Shown here: positions 50,088-59,790 of the stretch, piece by piece
How positions within the stretch are numbered: position 1 is the stretch's first letter
Layout: each line of letters starts with the position of its first letter
NCBI GenBank assembly: GCA_965228895.1
Contig: OZ245842.1
Location: 2,624,001-2,688,000, forward strand
Origin: Alphaproteobacteria bacterium
GTDB taxonomy: Bacteria > Pseudomonadota > Alphaproteobacteria > SP197
Direction of reading: 5' to 3'
DNA: 64,000 nucleotides
Made by a program: the position numbers and the translations under genes
Notes under the pieces: model-generated
What the model saw: the letters and a program-made list of their open reading frames with translations, nothing else
Databases searched by the model: none
What the model was told of the DNA's origin: nothing

Positions 50088-50909
50088 CTAAGCCGTTAGG
50101 CTGGCCCACGCCTTGCTGTCGTACTTTACGAGGTCGAACCGCATGGACTGATCCATGTAGTCGTGACCGTGGACGATGATCGCGTCATCGCGGATCAAGA
50201 CCACCGCATAGGCCGGCTGTTCGTGACAGCCCGGGATGGTCTCGCGGTCGTCGAAGTGAAGCACCGTCTGGTGCGCGGTCGCCCGGATCGTCGAAAACGG
50301 AATGCCGTGCCAGGACCCGCTGACCGGGCGATGCAGGTGTCCGAAAAAGATGTGTCGGATGCGGTCGGCATAAGGCAGGACGACGTCGGCGAATGCCTCT
50401 TGGTCCTGCAGGCCGATACGGTCGAGGCGCGGAATGCCGACATCGAACGGCGGATGATGCATGGCGATCAACAGCGGGCCTGTCGTGTCAGCAAGCTGAC
50501 GGTCGAGCCAGCGACAACGCCGTTCGCAGTAGCGACCGGCGGCGATGCCCGGCTCGTTGGTATCGAGCAACAGCAACGACTGGTCACCAACGGTCACGAC
50601 ATCCTGCACGAAGCCATCACCATCGACCGGCGTCTCCGGCAATACATCCAGAAAAATCTGCCGGTTGTCATGGTTGCCGATCAAAACACGCCACGGCACT
50701 GTCAGACGATCGAGATGGCGCCGCAGGGCGTCATAGGCCGCACGCTCGCCGAGGTCGGCCAGGTCACCGGTAATCAAGCAAAGGTCGGCGTCGGCGTTTT
50801 CGGCGTTCACGCTGTCGACAAACGCCGCGAAACGATGTTCGGGATCAAGCCCGTAGAGCGTCTCGCCGGGCGCAACGAGATGCGGGTCGGTCACGTGGAT
50901 GAGTTTCAT
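50088..50909 (-). CDS. Metallophosphoesterase, CpdA/GpdQ-like phosphodiesterase
   Basis: D.H, TGDL, GNHD, MHHPP, GHLH. Confidence 0.92.
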   Translation of the reverse strand: MKLIHVTDPHLVAPGETLYGLDPEHRFAAFVDSVNAENADADLCLITGDLADLGERAAYDALRRHLDRLTVPWRVLIGNHDNRQIFLDVLPETPVDGDGFVQDVVTVGDQSLLLLDTNEPGIAAGRYCERRCRWLDRQLADTTGPLLIAMHHPPFDVGIPRLDRIGLQDQEAFADVVLPYADRIRHIFFGHLHRPVSGSWHGIPFSTIRATAHQTVLHFDDRETIPGCHEQPAYAVVLIRDDAIIVHGHDYMDQSMRFDLVKYDSKAWASLTA

Positions 50910-51012
50910 TGGTCTGCTTGTCCGGTGCCGTACAAAGGATCAAGAGGTCAGTCAGCAGGACGCAGTATACGCGGGCGCTCCGGCACTATCATGACATCCG
51001 ACGACCGCCACA

Positions 51013-51915
51013 TCATCGCGGCGCCGTGCCCGCCAACAAGCGCCGCTTTTTCTTTAGCGCGCCGGCCACATAATCCAGCAGGACGCGAACCCGCGCGGTT
51101 TTCCGCAGGTCGGGATGGGTCAGGAGCAGCAGATCGACGGACATGTCCGGAATCGTCTTGCCAAGGCGCGACAGTCTGGGGTCGACATCGCCCAGATAAC
51201 ACGGAAGCACGGCGAGCCCGTGTCCGTCCGCTACGGCCGCCTGCATGGCGATCACGCTGTCGACCTTGAAGCGGCACTGTCCATCCAGTCCCTTCGCCGC
51301 CATCCACGCCACAAGATCGGGGTAGTACATAGCCTCGTCGGGACCGACCCACGGGGCATCGTGGATATCGAAACCGCGGCCGGCTCCGGCAACCCACTCC
51401 CGCACGCCATAGACCGCATAGGCGATCGTGCCGGCCTTTCGCCCAACCAGGGCCTCCGCTTGTTGATAGGATGGCCGGACCGCCACATCAGCTTCACGCC
51501 TCGTCAGGCTGGACAGGTGGTTGGAGAGCGAAATCTCCAGGGCGATCTCCTGCTGTTCGACCTGAAACGCCGCCAAGATAGGCGAGAGAAAACCGATCAG
51601 AAACGAGTCGAGCGTCGCGACGCGCACGGTGCCTGATGGGCGGAGATCGCGGCCGACAACCCGGCGCTCGACGTTCAGCACTTCTCGTTCGATGGCGCGC
51701 GCTGAAGCGGCCACCTCCTCGCCGGCCAGGGTCGGCGTGTAGCCGGTGCGTGATCGCTCAAAAAGCGCGACCCCCAACCGATCCTCGACCCCGCCCAGCC
51801 GGCGGAACACCGTCGCGTGGCTGACGTCAAGGTGCCGTCCGGCAGCCGACAAGCTCCCGGTCTCAGCGATGGCGAGAACGAGCCGGAGATCATCCCATGC
51901 AAGCGACATGTTCAT
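51013..51915 (-). CDS. LysR family transcriptional regulator
   Basis: WDDLR..LAIAETGSLSAA...L.VSHATV.RR, L.RREADVA.R, HPDLR...RVR. Confidence 0.95.
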   Translation of the reverse strand: MNMSLAWDDLRLVLAIAETGSLSAAGRHLDVSHATVFRRLGGVEDRLGVALFERSRTGYTPTLAGEEVAASARAIEREVLNVERRVVGRDLRPSGTVRVATLDSFLIGFLSPILAAFQVEQQEIALEISLSNHLSSLTRREADVAVRPSYQQAEALVGRKAGTIAYAVYGVREWVAGAGRGFDIHDAPWVGPDEAMYYPDLVAWMAAKGLDGQCRFKVDSVIAMQAAVADGHGLAVLPCYLGDVDPRLSRLGKTIPDMSVDLLLLTHPDLRKTARVRVLLDYVAGALKKKRRLLAGTAPR

Positions 51916-52016
51916 ACATGCAAGCTTAGTTGTCGATTTCTTGGAATTGCTGTTCGCCAGTCAACAGGTCAATTGACTGCCATGCAAACGGAAAAAACCT
52001 CTTAGGGATCTCATTC

Positions 52017-52766
52017 ATGCACGCGCTGATCGTTTTCTGTCACCCCGAGCCCGCCTCGTTCAACGCGACCTTAAAGGATGTCGCGATCAAGACACTGACC
52101 GCGCTGGGGCACACAACGGAGGTCAGCGACCTGCACGCGGACGGTTTCGACCCCGTCGAAAAGGCCGAACATTACGCGTGCCGGAAGGACCCGCTTGTAT
52201 TCGATGCGACGACCGAGCAGCGCTACGCCGGTCAAACCGCCACACTGCCCCGGGCCGTTCGCCGCGAGATCGACCGATTGGAACGCGCTGATCTCGTGGT
52301 TCTGCAGTTTCCGCTGTGGTGGCATGCCCAGCCTGCCATGCTGAAAGGCTGGTTCGACCGGGTGTTTATCAACGGCGGCCTCTACACCAGCACCATGCGT
52401 TACGACCGCGGCTACTTTCGCGGCAAACGGGCGATATGCTCGGTGACAACCGGCGCACCGGAAGCGGCATTCGAAGGCAACGGCCGCGGCGGCAACATGG
52501 AGACCATGCTGTGGCCGATACAGTACTCTCTCTATTACATGGGCTTTGCCGTGCTGCCGCCCTTTCTCGCTCACGGCGTTCAATCGCAGTCAGACTTCGT
52601 GCGTCTGGAGGGGCGGAACTTTGACGAGCACTTGGAAGGTCATCAGGGCGCTTTGGCCGAACGGCTTGAGCAGTGGCAGCGGGACGAACCCCTTCCCTTC
52701 CCTGGCTGGGATGATTGGGATGAGGCCGGCCACGCGAAAACCGCGATCGCGACTGGCAGCCCGTGA
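52017..52766 (+). CDS. NAD(P)H:quinone oxidoreductase (flavodoxin-like fold)
   Basis: HPEP.SFN, SDL...F.P, QFPLWW...PAMLKGWFDRV, TTG. Divergent from the LysR gene. Confidence 0.92.
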   Translation: MHALIVFCHPEPASFNATLKDVAIKTLTALGHTTEVSDLHADGFDPVEKAEHYACRKDPLVFDATTEQRYAGQTATLPRAVRREIDRLERADLVVLQFPLWWHAQPAMLKGWFDRVFINGGLYTSTMRYDRGYFRGKRAICSVTTGAPEAAFEGNGRGGNMETMLWPIQYSLYYMGFAVLPPFLAHGVQSQSDFVRLEGRNFDEHLEGHQGALAERLEQWQRDEPLPFPGWDDWDEAGHAKTAIATGSP

Positions 52767-52813
52767 CCTTGTCGGGCATCATCCGGTCGATCACCGACGG
52801 GAGTTTCGCCACC

Positions 52814-53164
52814 ATGGCCGTGACCATTTTTCACAATCCGCGCTGCAGCAAGTCACGCCAGACACTGGCTCTGCTACAGGAAAACGGCATCGAACCTGAG
52901 ATTGTCGAATACCTGAAAACACCGCCCGACGCCGCTGCGCTCGACGCCGTCCTGACCCTGCTGGGCAAGGAGCCGCGCGACGTCATGCGCAAGAAAGAAG
53001 AGCCCTATAAGGCCCTCGGTCTTGACGACCCCGCGAAATCGCGGGCCGAGCTGATCGAGGCGATGGTCGACAACCCCATGCTGATCGAACGCCCGATCGT
53101 CGTCAAGGACGGCAAGAAGGCCGCGCTCGGCCGCCCGCCCGAACAGGTGCTGGACATCCTCTAG
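52814..53164 (+). CDS. arsC: Arsenate reductase, glutaredoxin-dependent ArsC family
   Basis: HNPRCSKSR, EYL..PP, P.LIERPIV, GRPPE.V. Confidence 0.88.
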   Translation: MAVTIFHNPRCSKSRQTLALLQENGIEPEIVEYLKTPPDAAALDAVLTLLGKEPRDVMRKKEEPYKALGLDDPAKSRAELIEAMVDNPMLIERPIVVKDGKKAALGRPPEQVLDIL

Positions 53165-53191
53165 GCAGCGCGGTTCCGGGGCGGACGCGAC

Positions 53192-54406
53192 ATGGCAAAA
53201 AAAATCATCATCGTCGGTGGCGGTGTTATCGGCACCAGTATCGCCTGGCATCTGGCCAAGGCCGAGGCGGGCGACATCACACTGGTCGAACGCGACCGGC
53301 TGGGCGCCGGCACAACGTGGCACTCGGCCGGCAACATCACGTGGATGGCGAACAGCGACCGGCACATCAGGGCGGTCTTTGACGCCATCGACGAGGTCGC
53401 CAAGGAGGCCGAGCAGGAAACCGGATGGCTTAGGACCGGACGCCTGTACCTCGCCCGCACGGCCGAGACACTCGCCTGGATGGAACGCCAGGCGCCGATC
53501 GCCGAAGCGGCGGGGTTTGAGTCGCGGTTAATCGAACCGCGCGACGCCGTCGCGCTCAATCCACTGATCGATCCGGGCGTGCTGCTCGGCACGTGGCTGA
53601 TCGGCGCATCGGGCCGCGTCAATCCGGCCGACCTGACCGCCGCCTATGCCCGGGCCGCGCGTCGGCGCGGTGTCACGCTCCGTGAGAACTGTGCGGTCGG
53701 GGCGGTCCGTGCGAGCGGCAGTGACGTGACCGGCCTTGCGACGAGCGACGGGGATCTCGACGCCGATGTCGTTATCGTCGCCTGCGGCCTGTGGTCGCGC
53801 CGTCTGCTGGCGCCCCTGGGTATCAAACTGGCCCAATGGGGCTGCGAACACTTCTACATCATCCAGCGCACCGATCCGCCGTTGCCGCGCACCATGCCGT
53901 CCTTCGTCTCGCCGGATGACTCGATCTATGGCCGCGAGGAAGTCGGCGGCCTGTTGTTCGGTTGTTTCGACACCGACGCGCTGCCGCTGCATCTCGACAA
54001 CGGCGCGCCGCCGGACGGGTTTGCGTTTTCGCTGCTAGACGAAAACTGGGACCAGTTCGGTCCCTATGGCGAGCGGGCCGTGCGCCTGTTTCCGCAGCTT
54101 CAAGACGCACCGGTGCATCGTTTCGTCAACGGGCCGGAGACGTTCACGCCCGATGGCGAACCACTGCTTGGACCACTGGAAAGCATTGACGGGCTTTATG
54201 TCGCCAGCGCGTTCAACTCCGGCGGCGTCACCTATTCGGCCTATGCCGGCCAACTGATGGCCGATCTTGTCACCGGCAGCACGCCGCGTTTCGATCCCGA
54301 CCCCTGCGATCCCAAGCGCTTTGGCGACAAGGCCGACGACGAAGCCTGGCTGCGCCAAAAGGTTGCCGATACACCGGCCGGCCACTACCACGCGCGCCAC
54401 ACCTGA
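53192..54406 (+). CDS. FAD-dependent oxidoreductase, sarcosine/dimethylglycine dehydrogenase N-terminal type, without GcvT domain
   Basis: GGGVIG.S.A.HL, GTTWHSAG, NGPETFTPDG, FNS.G, DP.RFG. Confidence 0.88.
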   Translation: MAKKIIIVGGGVIGTSIAWHLAKAEAGDITLVERDRLGAGTTWHSAGNITWMANSDRHIRAVFDAIDEVAKEAEQETGWLRTGRLYLARTAETLAWMERQAPIAEAAGFESRLIEPRDAVALNPLIDPGVLLGTWLIGASGRVNPADLTAAYARAARRRGVTLRENCAVGAVRASGSDVTGLATSDGDLDADVVIVACGLWSRRLLAPLGIKLAQWGCEHFYIIQRTDPPLPRTMPSFVSPDDSIYGREEVGGLLFGCFDTDALPLHLDNGAPPDGFAFSLLDENWDQFGPYGERAVRLFPQLQDAPVHRFVNGPETFTPDGEPLLGPLESIDGLYVASAFNSGGVTYSAYAGQLMADLVTGSTPRFDPDPCDPKRFGDKADDEAWLRQKVADTPAGHYHARHT

Positions 54407-54492
54407 TCGAAACAACGATTGCGTTGGTCGCACGGCCTGCGCCAAGCTCTGCGGTGTTCAATCATCTGTTTCCGTTAAGGAGGGAACCACCC

Positions 54493-54708
54493 ATGAAGAA
54501 TTGGCAGGCCATCTTGATTGCCGGCGCCATGATCGCTGCCGCGGTCATCATTCGATTTGATGTCGACCCGGTCCGCCCGGCCCATGCCGGCATCTTCAAC
54601 GAGCAAGTCTCCAACTGCATCCTGGATGCGGCCAAGGGTGGTGTTGGCCTGGGCGCCGGTGCCGATCTGCTGCGCTCGGCGTGCGAAAGCCTCTATCCGG
54701 GCGGATGA
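54493..54708 (+). CDS. Small exported or membrane-anchored hypothetical protein
   Basis: RBS AAGGAGG, hydrophobic N-terminus ending PAHA, Cys pair NCIL...SAC. Confidence 0.7.
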   Translation: MKNWQAILIAGAMIAAAVIIRFDVDPVRPAHAGIFNEQVSNCILDAAKGGVGLGAGADLLRSACESLYPGG

Positions 54709-54977
54709 GAACCCCACACCTTATCGCCGCTTTCCTGGTCGCGGGCGCGCTCGCCGCTTGCGATCAGGAAGAGGAGACGGCGACAGACGGCAGCACGGAA
54801 CTGGCGAACCCCGCCTCGGTCTTCTGCGTCGAACAGGGCGGCAAATCGGAAATCCGCACCGGCGACGATGGCGGCCAAGTCGGTATCTGCATCCTGCCCG
54901 ACGGTCAGGAAGTCGACGAGTGGGAGTACTTCCGCGAGCATCATCCCGAAGCAGAAAGTTCGGGCGACAGCGGCTGA
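54705..54977 (+). CDS. DUF333-domain lipoprotein
   Basis: LAA-C lipobox and LANPASVFC...GG......G.C.LPDG..V.EW. ATGA-coupled to the upstream gene. Confidence 0.88.
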   Translation: MRTPHLIAAFLVAGALAACDQEEETATDGSTELANPASVFCVEQGGKSEIRTGDDGGQVGICILPDGQEVDEWEYFREHHPEAESSGDSG

Positions 54978-55056
54978 CCCGATTCCGCCATGTTTTTGAC
55001 CTAACATCGCGATGCCGGCCGATCGTGGTTTGGCCAACAACAAGAGGGCAATCGCA

Positions 55057-55770
55057 ATGCCGAAACCAAGTGGTTTAACCGCAATTCTTGTGGTCGTGAC
55101 GTTGACGCTAGTTCAAGGTCACGCGCGAGCGGATGAGACGGCGGAACGCATCTATCTGCCTGCCGGTAGCGTCGATGTGGAATCGCTGATCCCGCCGCCG
55201 CCGGCTGTCGGATCGCCAGAGTTCAACGAACAGATGACGGTCGTCGAATGGCTGCAGACGACCCGCACGCCAGACCAGGTCGCGTTCGTCGAGACCACGC
55301 TGAACGTGGAGCGGTTTGCTCCGCTGCTCGGCGATGCGCTGTTCACCGTCGACGGGCTGGAGCTCAAACAAACAATTGACGACGCGATCGATGAAGCGCG
55401 CGCCGAATACGATGGCTTGAAGGAAGTTTACGACCTTCCCCGGCCCTTCGTGGTCAACGACAAGATCGAACCGATTGGCGAAGCGCGCCCGGTGTCGGCC
55501 TATCCCAGCGGCCATTCGATCCGCGCCGTCATCTACGCCCGGCTGTTGGCCGAAGTCTTCCCCGAGCACAAGGATGCCTTGATGGATCTGGCCATGCGGG
55601 TGGGTTATGGCCGGGTGATCGCCGGCGCCCACTATCCGATCGATGTCACCGCAGGCCAGACGGTGGGCGACGCCTATGCGGACGTGATCGTCCAGCAACC
55701 GGCCTTCAAGGAAGCCCTGGAGCGTATCTTCGGACGCCAGCCTCCGCTTCGGACCATCACGGACGGCTGA
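55057..55770 (+). CDS. Exported PAP2-family (class A non-specific) acid phosphatase
   Basis: Signal peptide, K-x6-RP, YPSGH, R...GAHY..D. Confidence 0.9.
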   Translation: MPKPSGLTAILVVVTLTLVQGHARADETAERIYLPAGSVDVESLIPPPPAVGSPEFNEQMTVVEWLQTTRTPDQVAFVETTLNVERFAPLLGDALFTVDGLELKQTIDDAIDEARAEYDGLKEVYDLPRPFVVNDKIEPIGEARPVSAYPSGHSIRAVIYARLLAEVFPEHKDALMDLAMRVGYGRVIAGAHYPIDVTAGQTVGDAYADVIVQQPAFKEALERIFGRQPPLRTITDG

Positions 55771-55783
55771 TGAGCATTTAGCG

Positions 55784-55824
55784 AAAGAAAAAGCACCCCC
55801 CGTGCGAATTCGCACGGAGGGTGC
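55784..55824 (-). terminator. Intrinsic terminator of icd
   Basis: Minus strand GCACCCTCCGTGCG-AATT-CGCACGGGGGGTGC followed by TTTTTCTTT. Confidence 0.85.
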
Positions 55825-55871
55825 AGGCGGAACGGACTTATGGGGGGTGCCGTTCTTGCTTGTTGTCCTTC

Positions 55872-57374
55872 TTACTGACCTTGACCGAGCGAAAAGCCGG
55901 GCTCGCCATCGAAGGTGAAAAGATGTTCGGTCTTGATGAAGTCGACGCCTTCCTGCGCCAGCTTGTTCAAGATCTCAACGACCATCGCCTTGTTGAATTG
56001 CTTGCCGGGTTCGGCCAGGAAGCGGCAACGCCAGTGATCGGTACAAAAGGTCTCCGGTAGACCGTCCGGCCAGACCTTGACGCCGCGGTTGGTGATCATG
56101 GCGAGCTTGTAAGCGCCGTTCTGAGCCTGCTGCATGACGGCGGCGAGCGCCACGGGGTCACGATCCGGCCAATGGACAAAAACGTCGATGCCGACCAGAT
56201 CCTTGCGCGCGGGCGGCCGGGGCGTGGCGACCGGCACCTTGAACGAGCGCGCGTGCTCGGCATAACGCACCGGCGTCAACGTGCTGGGTTCCTCGTCCAG
56301 CCGGTCGATAATGGCTTGGGCGAAAGCCGACGTACCGACCTTCCGCGTCGACACGCCGTCGGCGAAGATGTCGTAGGTGTGGACGCCGTCCTCCATGGTC
56401 TTGAGCCAGGCGTTGTGGATGCGCTCGGCGGCCCTCGCCTGGCCGATATGGTTCAACATCATGACGCCGGCGAGCAGCAGGCCCGACGGATTGGCGATAT
56501 CCTGACCGGCCCGGCGCGGCGCCGAACCGTGGATCGCCTCGAACATGGCGCCGGCGGCGCCGATATTGGCGGATGGCGCCAAGCCCACGGATCCTGCGAT
56601 CTGCGCCGCGACATCCGACAGCACGTCGCCATAGAGGTTGGGCAGGACGACGACGTCGAAATCCTCCGGCGTGTCGGCCAGCTTGGCCGCGCCGATGTCG
56701 ACGATCCAGTGCTCCTTCTCGATGCGCGGGTAGTCCTCCCCGACTTCCTCGAACACCTTGTGAAACAGACCGTCGGTCAGCTTCATGATGTTGTCTTTGG
56801 TGAAGCACGTGACCTTCTTGCGGCCATGGGCCTCGGCATAGTCGAAAGCGTAGCGCGCAATCTTCTCGCAGCCGGGCCGCGAGATCAGCTTCAGGCACTG
56901 AACGACCTCATCGGTCTGCTGGTGCTCGATGCCGGCGTAGAGATCCTCCTCGTTCTCGCGGACGATCACCACGTCCATGTTGCTGTGCTTGGAGGCGACG
57001 AAGGGTTCGTAGGTGCGGCACGGGCGGACATTGGCGAACAAGCCGAGTGTCTTGCGCACGGTAACGTTTAGGCTCTTGAAACCGCCGCCCTGGGGCGTGG
57101 TGATGGGCGCCTTGTAGAACACCTTGGTGCGGCGCAGGCTGTCCCAGGCCTCCGGCGCAATGCCGGCCGTCTGGCCGGCCAGGTAAACCTTTTCACCGAT
57201 ATCGATCGGCTCGACCGCAATATCGGCGCCGCCGGCGAGCAACACGTTCAGACTGGCCTTCATGATCTCTGGACCGATACCGTCGCCAAAGGCGACCGTG
57301 ATCGGCACCGTGCCCGTGGACGCGTTGGCCGCCTCGACCGATGATGAAGCCTTGGGCAGCGTGACGGTGTTCAT
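55872..57374 (-). CDS. icd: NADP-dependent isocitrate dehydrogenase (alphaproteobacterial type with C-terminal extension)
   Basis: GDGIGPEI, KAPITTPQGGG.KSLNV, RENEEDLY, KDNIMK, NLYGD..SD, EAIHGSAP, C-terminal ITNRG.KVWP...DHWRCRF...GFSLGQGQ. Confidence 0.95.
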   Translation of the reverse strand: MNTVTLPKASSSVEAANASTGTVPITVAFGDGIGPEIMKASLNVLLAGGADIAVEPIDIGEKVYLAGQTAGIAPEAWDSLRRTKVFYKAPITTPQGGGFKSLNVTVRKTLGLFANVRPCRTYEPFVASKHSNMDVVIVRENEEDLYAGIEHQQTDEVVQCLKLISRPGCEKIARYAFDYAEAHGRKKVTCFTKDNIMKLTDGLFHKVFEEVGEDYPRIEKEHWIVDIGAAKLADTPEDFDVVVLPNLYGDVLSDVAAQIAGSVGLAPSANIGAAGAMFEAIHGSAPRRAGQDIANPSGLLLAGVMMLNHIGQARAAERIHNAWLKTMEDGVHTYDIFADGVSTRKVGTSAFAQAIIDRLDEEPSTLTPVRYAEHARSFKVPVATPRPPARKDLVGIDVFVHWPDRDPVALAAVMQQAQNGAYKLAMITNRGVKVWPDGLPETFCTDHWRCRFLAEPGKQFNKAMVVEILNKLAQEGVDFIKTEHLFTFDGEPGFSLGQGQ

Positions 57375-57471
57375 GGCTGGGTCCCCCAATCGTTGCCAAC
57401 ACCCGAAACCGGGCAGACCCAAGATCAGCCAGAACGCTCAGAATGTACAATCGATCGTAAGGCAAACTTTG

Positions 57472-57486
57472 ATAGATAAAACCTAT
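57472..57486. promoter_or_regulatory. LysR/OxyR-type box upstream of icd
   Basis: Perfect ATAG-N7-CTAT (GATAGATAAAACCTATC), about 100 nt upstream of the icd start. Confidence 0.55.
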
Positions 57487-57533
57487 CGAAACGGACTCGC
57501 ATGACCGCTGGTGGTCACATGCCCTGACGCAGA

Positions 57534-58565
57534 CTAGGTCTTGGCCGTCATGCGCGAGGCGCGCCAGCGCTCGCGCATCTTAGCGAGCGATTCCGGCGTG
57601 CCGTCCAGATCGGACCCGAACCACTTGTCGCACGGCGTGAACGTGTTGCCGTAGTTGCAGTTGTAGTAGCGGTGGTGCAGTTGGTGATGGAACGCGCCCA
57701 ACGCGAAGATCGGCTTGTCCTTCAAGAGAATGCTGTCATAGCCGGTGTGTGACGTCGCCGCGCCCAACGTGTTCCACTGGTTATGAAACAGGATGTGGAT
57801 GGGATGCGACATCAAGACGACGTGGATCAAGACGCTGCTGAGATAAAGCACGTGCTCGATCGGATGCATGGAGAGCCCGGACCACGGTCCCGGGTTGTCG
57901 TTCCGGTGATGCAACGCGTGGGCGACTTTGTAGAGCGGCGGCCAGTGCAGCAGGCGATGAACGCAGTAGAAGTGGAACGATGCCCAGAACGGGATCGCCA
58001 GGAACATCAAGACGAACCATACGGGGTGGCGTGTCCACTCCAGGTAGTAGGGCAGATAGTCGTTGGCATAGGCCCACAGGAAGAAACACTCATAGGCCGT
58101 CCAGATCGTGACGCCGCTGGCGCAGGTCCAGAAGATGTTGTCCCAGACCTGATTGCGCGCGAAGAACTTCTTGTTGTCGCGGTCGAGGTCGCGCGGGTCG
58201 AACTTGCGCTTCGTGCCCTGGCGCTGGAACGCATAGAAAAAAAGATGCAGGCCGCCCGCCACGACCACCATCAGACCGAGATTGCGGGCGAAGACCCAGA
58301 GCACCCAATCGACCTGCCACGTGACGCTCATCGCAAGCGGCGGCTGCAGGTAGTACCAGGTCAGCGTCGCCAGCGCGCCGAAGGGCAGGATGAGCGACCA
58401 CAGAAAGAACGGCGAGACCAGGTACTTGGCCAACGCCACCGGTTGCGGCGGCCAGACGAGAAGCGGCGCGCTTTTGATCGGCAGCGGTGGGTGCCACAGC
58501 CAAGCCGTCTTGGCCGCGCCGGGTTTTGCCGCGCCTTCGTTTGCGCCAACCGTCGTATCCGCCAT
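57534..58565 (-). CDS. Sterol desaturase/fatty-acid hydroxylase superfamily membrane di-iron enzyme
   Basis: His boxes HFY..HRLLH, HALHH, HP.E, FHHQLHH, NYG. Confidence 0.92.
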   Translation of the reverse strand: MADTTVGANEGAAKPGAAKTAWLWHPPLPIKSAPLLVWPPQPVALAKYLVSPFFLWSLILPFGALATLTWYYLQPPLAMSVTWQVDWVLWVFARNLGLMVVVAGGLHLFFYAFQRQGTKRKFDPRDLDRDNKKFFARNQVWDNIFWTCASGVTIWTAYECFFLWAYANDYLPYYLEWTRHPVWFVLMFLAIPFWASFHFYCVHRLLHWPPLYKVAHALHHRNDNPGPWSGLSMHPIEHVLYLSSVLIHVVLMSHPIHILFHNQWNTLGAATSHTGYDSILLKDKPIFALGAFHHQLHHRYYNCNYGNTFTPCDKWFGSDLDGTPESLAKMRERWRASRMTAKT

Positions 58566-58671
58566 GACCGCGCCTCCCGCCACACCTCGGCTGCCGTCAG
58601 ATCAACGGAAGCCGTAGCACAGGATAAAAACAAACGCGATCCCCTCCATGTTGTCGCCTCAGTAGCGATCC

Positions 58672-59790
58672 TCAGCTATCCGTCGGGTAGGCAATGCTCG
58701 CGTTGATGGTCGAGGCGGCCGGCTGGTCGTTGGTGTGGCAATGGGCGCCGCCGCCGGCGAGCCATGAGTCGAGCATCTCGATCACGTAGACGTTGCGGCC
58801 AGGAAAAAACGATTCAAGCCGCGCCTTGGCCGCGGCGTCCGTCTCCGGATTGTCAAAGCCGACGGCGATGACGAAACCGTTGCCGACGATCCAGTTCATG
58901 TAGTTGGTGTCGAAGGTGTACCCGCCGGCGCTGGCCGTGCCTTCGATGGGCATGCGGATGACGTCGAAACCGGCCGCCTCGATTGTCGCGGCGGCGTTGT
59001 CATAGACCGCGTCGTCGCGCCCCTCACCCGGCCGGCACAGAGAGTTCGCCGTGCACTCGGCCACGACCACGGTGGTCGGGTTGATAAATCGGGCGATGCC
59101 GTCAATGTGGCCGTTGGTCAGGTCGCCTTCAACAACCCCTTCGACGAACACGACCTTGCTGACGCCGAAGTGTTCCTTCAGGTCGGCCTCGGCCTGCTCT
59201 TTCGTGTAGTCGGGATTGCGGCGGGGGTCACCCAGCGTGCTCCAGTTCAGGATGACCGTATCGATGCCGTTGAACTCCAGATTGCCGCGTTCGTGCACGA
59301 TGTCGATGGTGTCGAGCGACATGTCGAGATAGGCGGCGACTTCGGCCGGCACACGGTTATCCTTGCCATAGGGAATGTCGGCGCCGAACGCGCCGCCCCA
59401 GGCGTCGAACTCCCAGTTCTGGACCCGCATCTCGCCGTCCTCGATGACGTAGACCGGCCCGTTGTCGCGCATCCACGCGCTGTCGTTGGCGATGGCATGC
59501 CAGACAATGTTGGTGTGGTCGGGATCGCCGCCGGCTTTGGTGATGGCGGTGCGTGCGTCGTCGCGTACGGTCTCGTTGTCGACCAGGATGTGCAGGGTCT
59601 GATAATCCGCGATCACCGCAGACATCTTGGCGAAGGCCTCCTCATAGGCCTTTTCCCACCGGCCGGGCCATTGCAGCCAGACGGCTTCCTGCGGTTCCCA
59701 CTCGGCGGGAACCCGCTTGGTCGTGGTGCCGGTTGCCGGCGCAGCGCTCCCGGCGAGCACAAGCGAAACCAGGGCAGCAAAGGCCGGCAT
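58672..59790 (-). CDS. Agmatine/peptidyl-arginine deiminase family protein with signal peptide (alternative start 59844)
   Basis: PAEWE, W.RD.GP, F.AWG, E.G, GHIDG..RF, Y.N, catalytic GG.HC.T. Confidence 0.9.
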   Translation of the reverse strand: MPAFAALVSLVLAGSAAPATGTTTKRVPAEWEPQEAVWLQWPGRWEKAYEEAFAKMSAVIADYQTLHILVDNETVRDDARTAITKAGGDPDHTNIVWHAIANDSAWMRDNGPVYVIEDGEMRVQNWEFDAWGGAFGADIPYGKDNRVPAEVAAYLDMSLDTIDIVHERGNLEFNGIDTVILNWSTLGDPRRNPDYTKEQAEADLKEHFGVSKVVFVEGVVEGDLTNGHIDGIARFINPTTVVVAECTANSLCRPGEGRDDAVYDNAAATIEAAGFDVIRMPIEGTASAGGYTFDTNYMNWIVGNGFVIAVGFDNPETDAAAKARLESFFPGRNVYVIEMLDSWLAGGGAHCHTNDQPAASTINASIAYPTDS

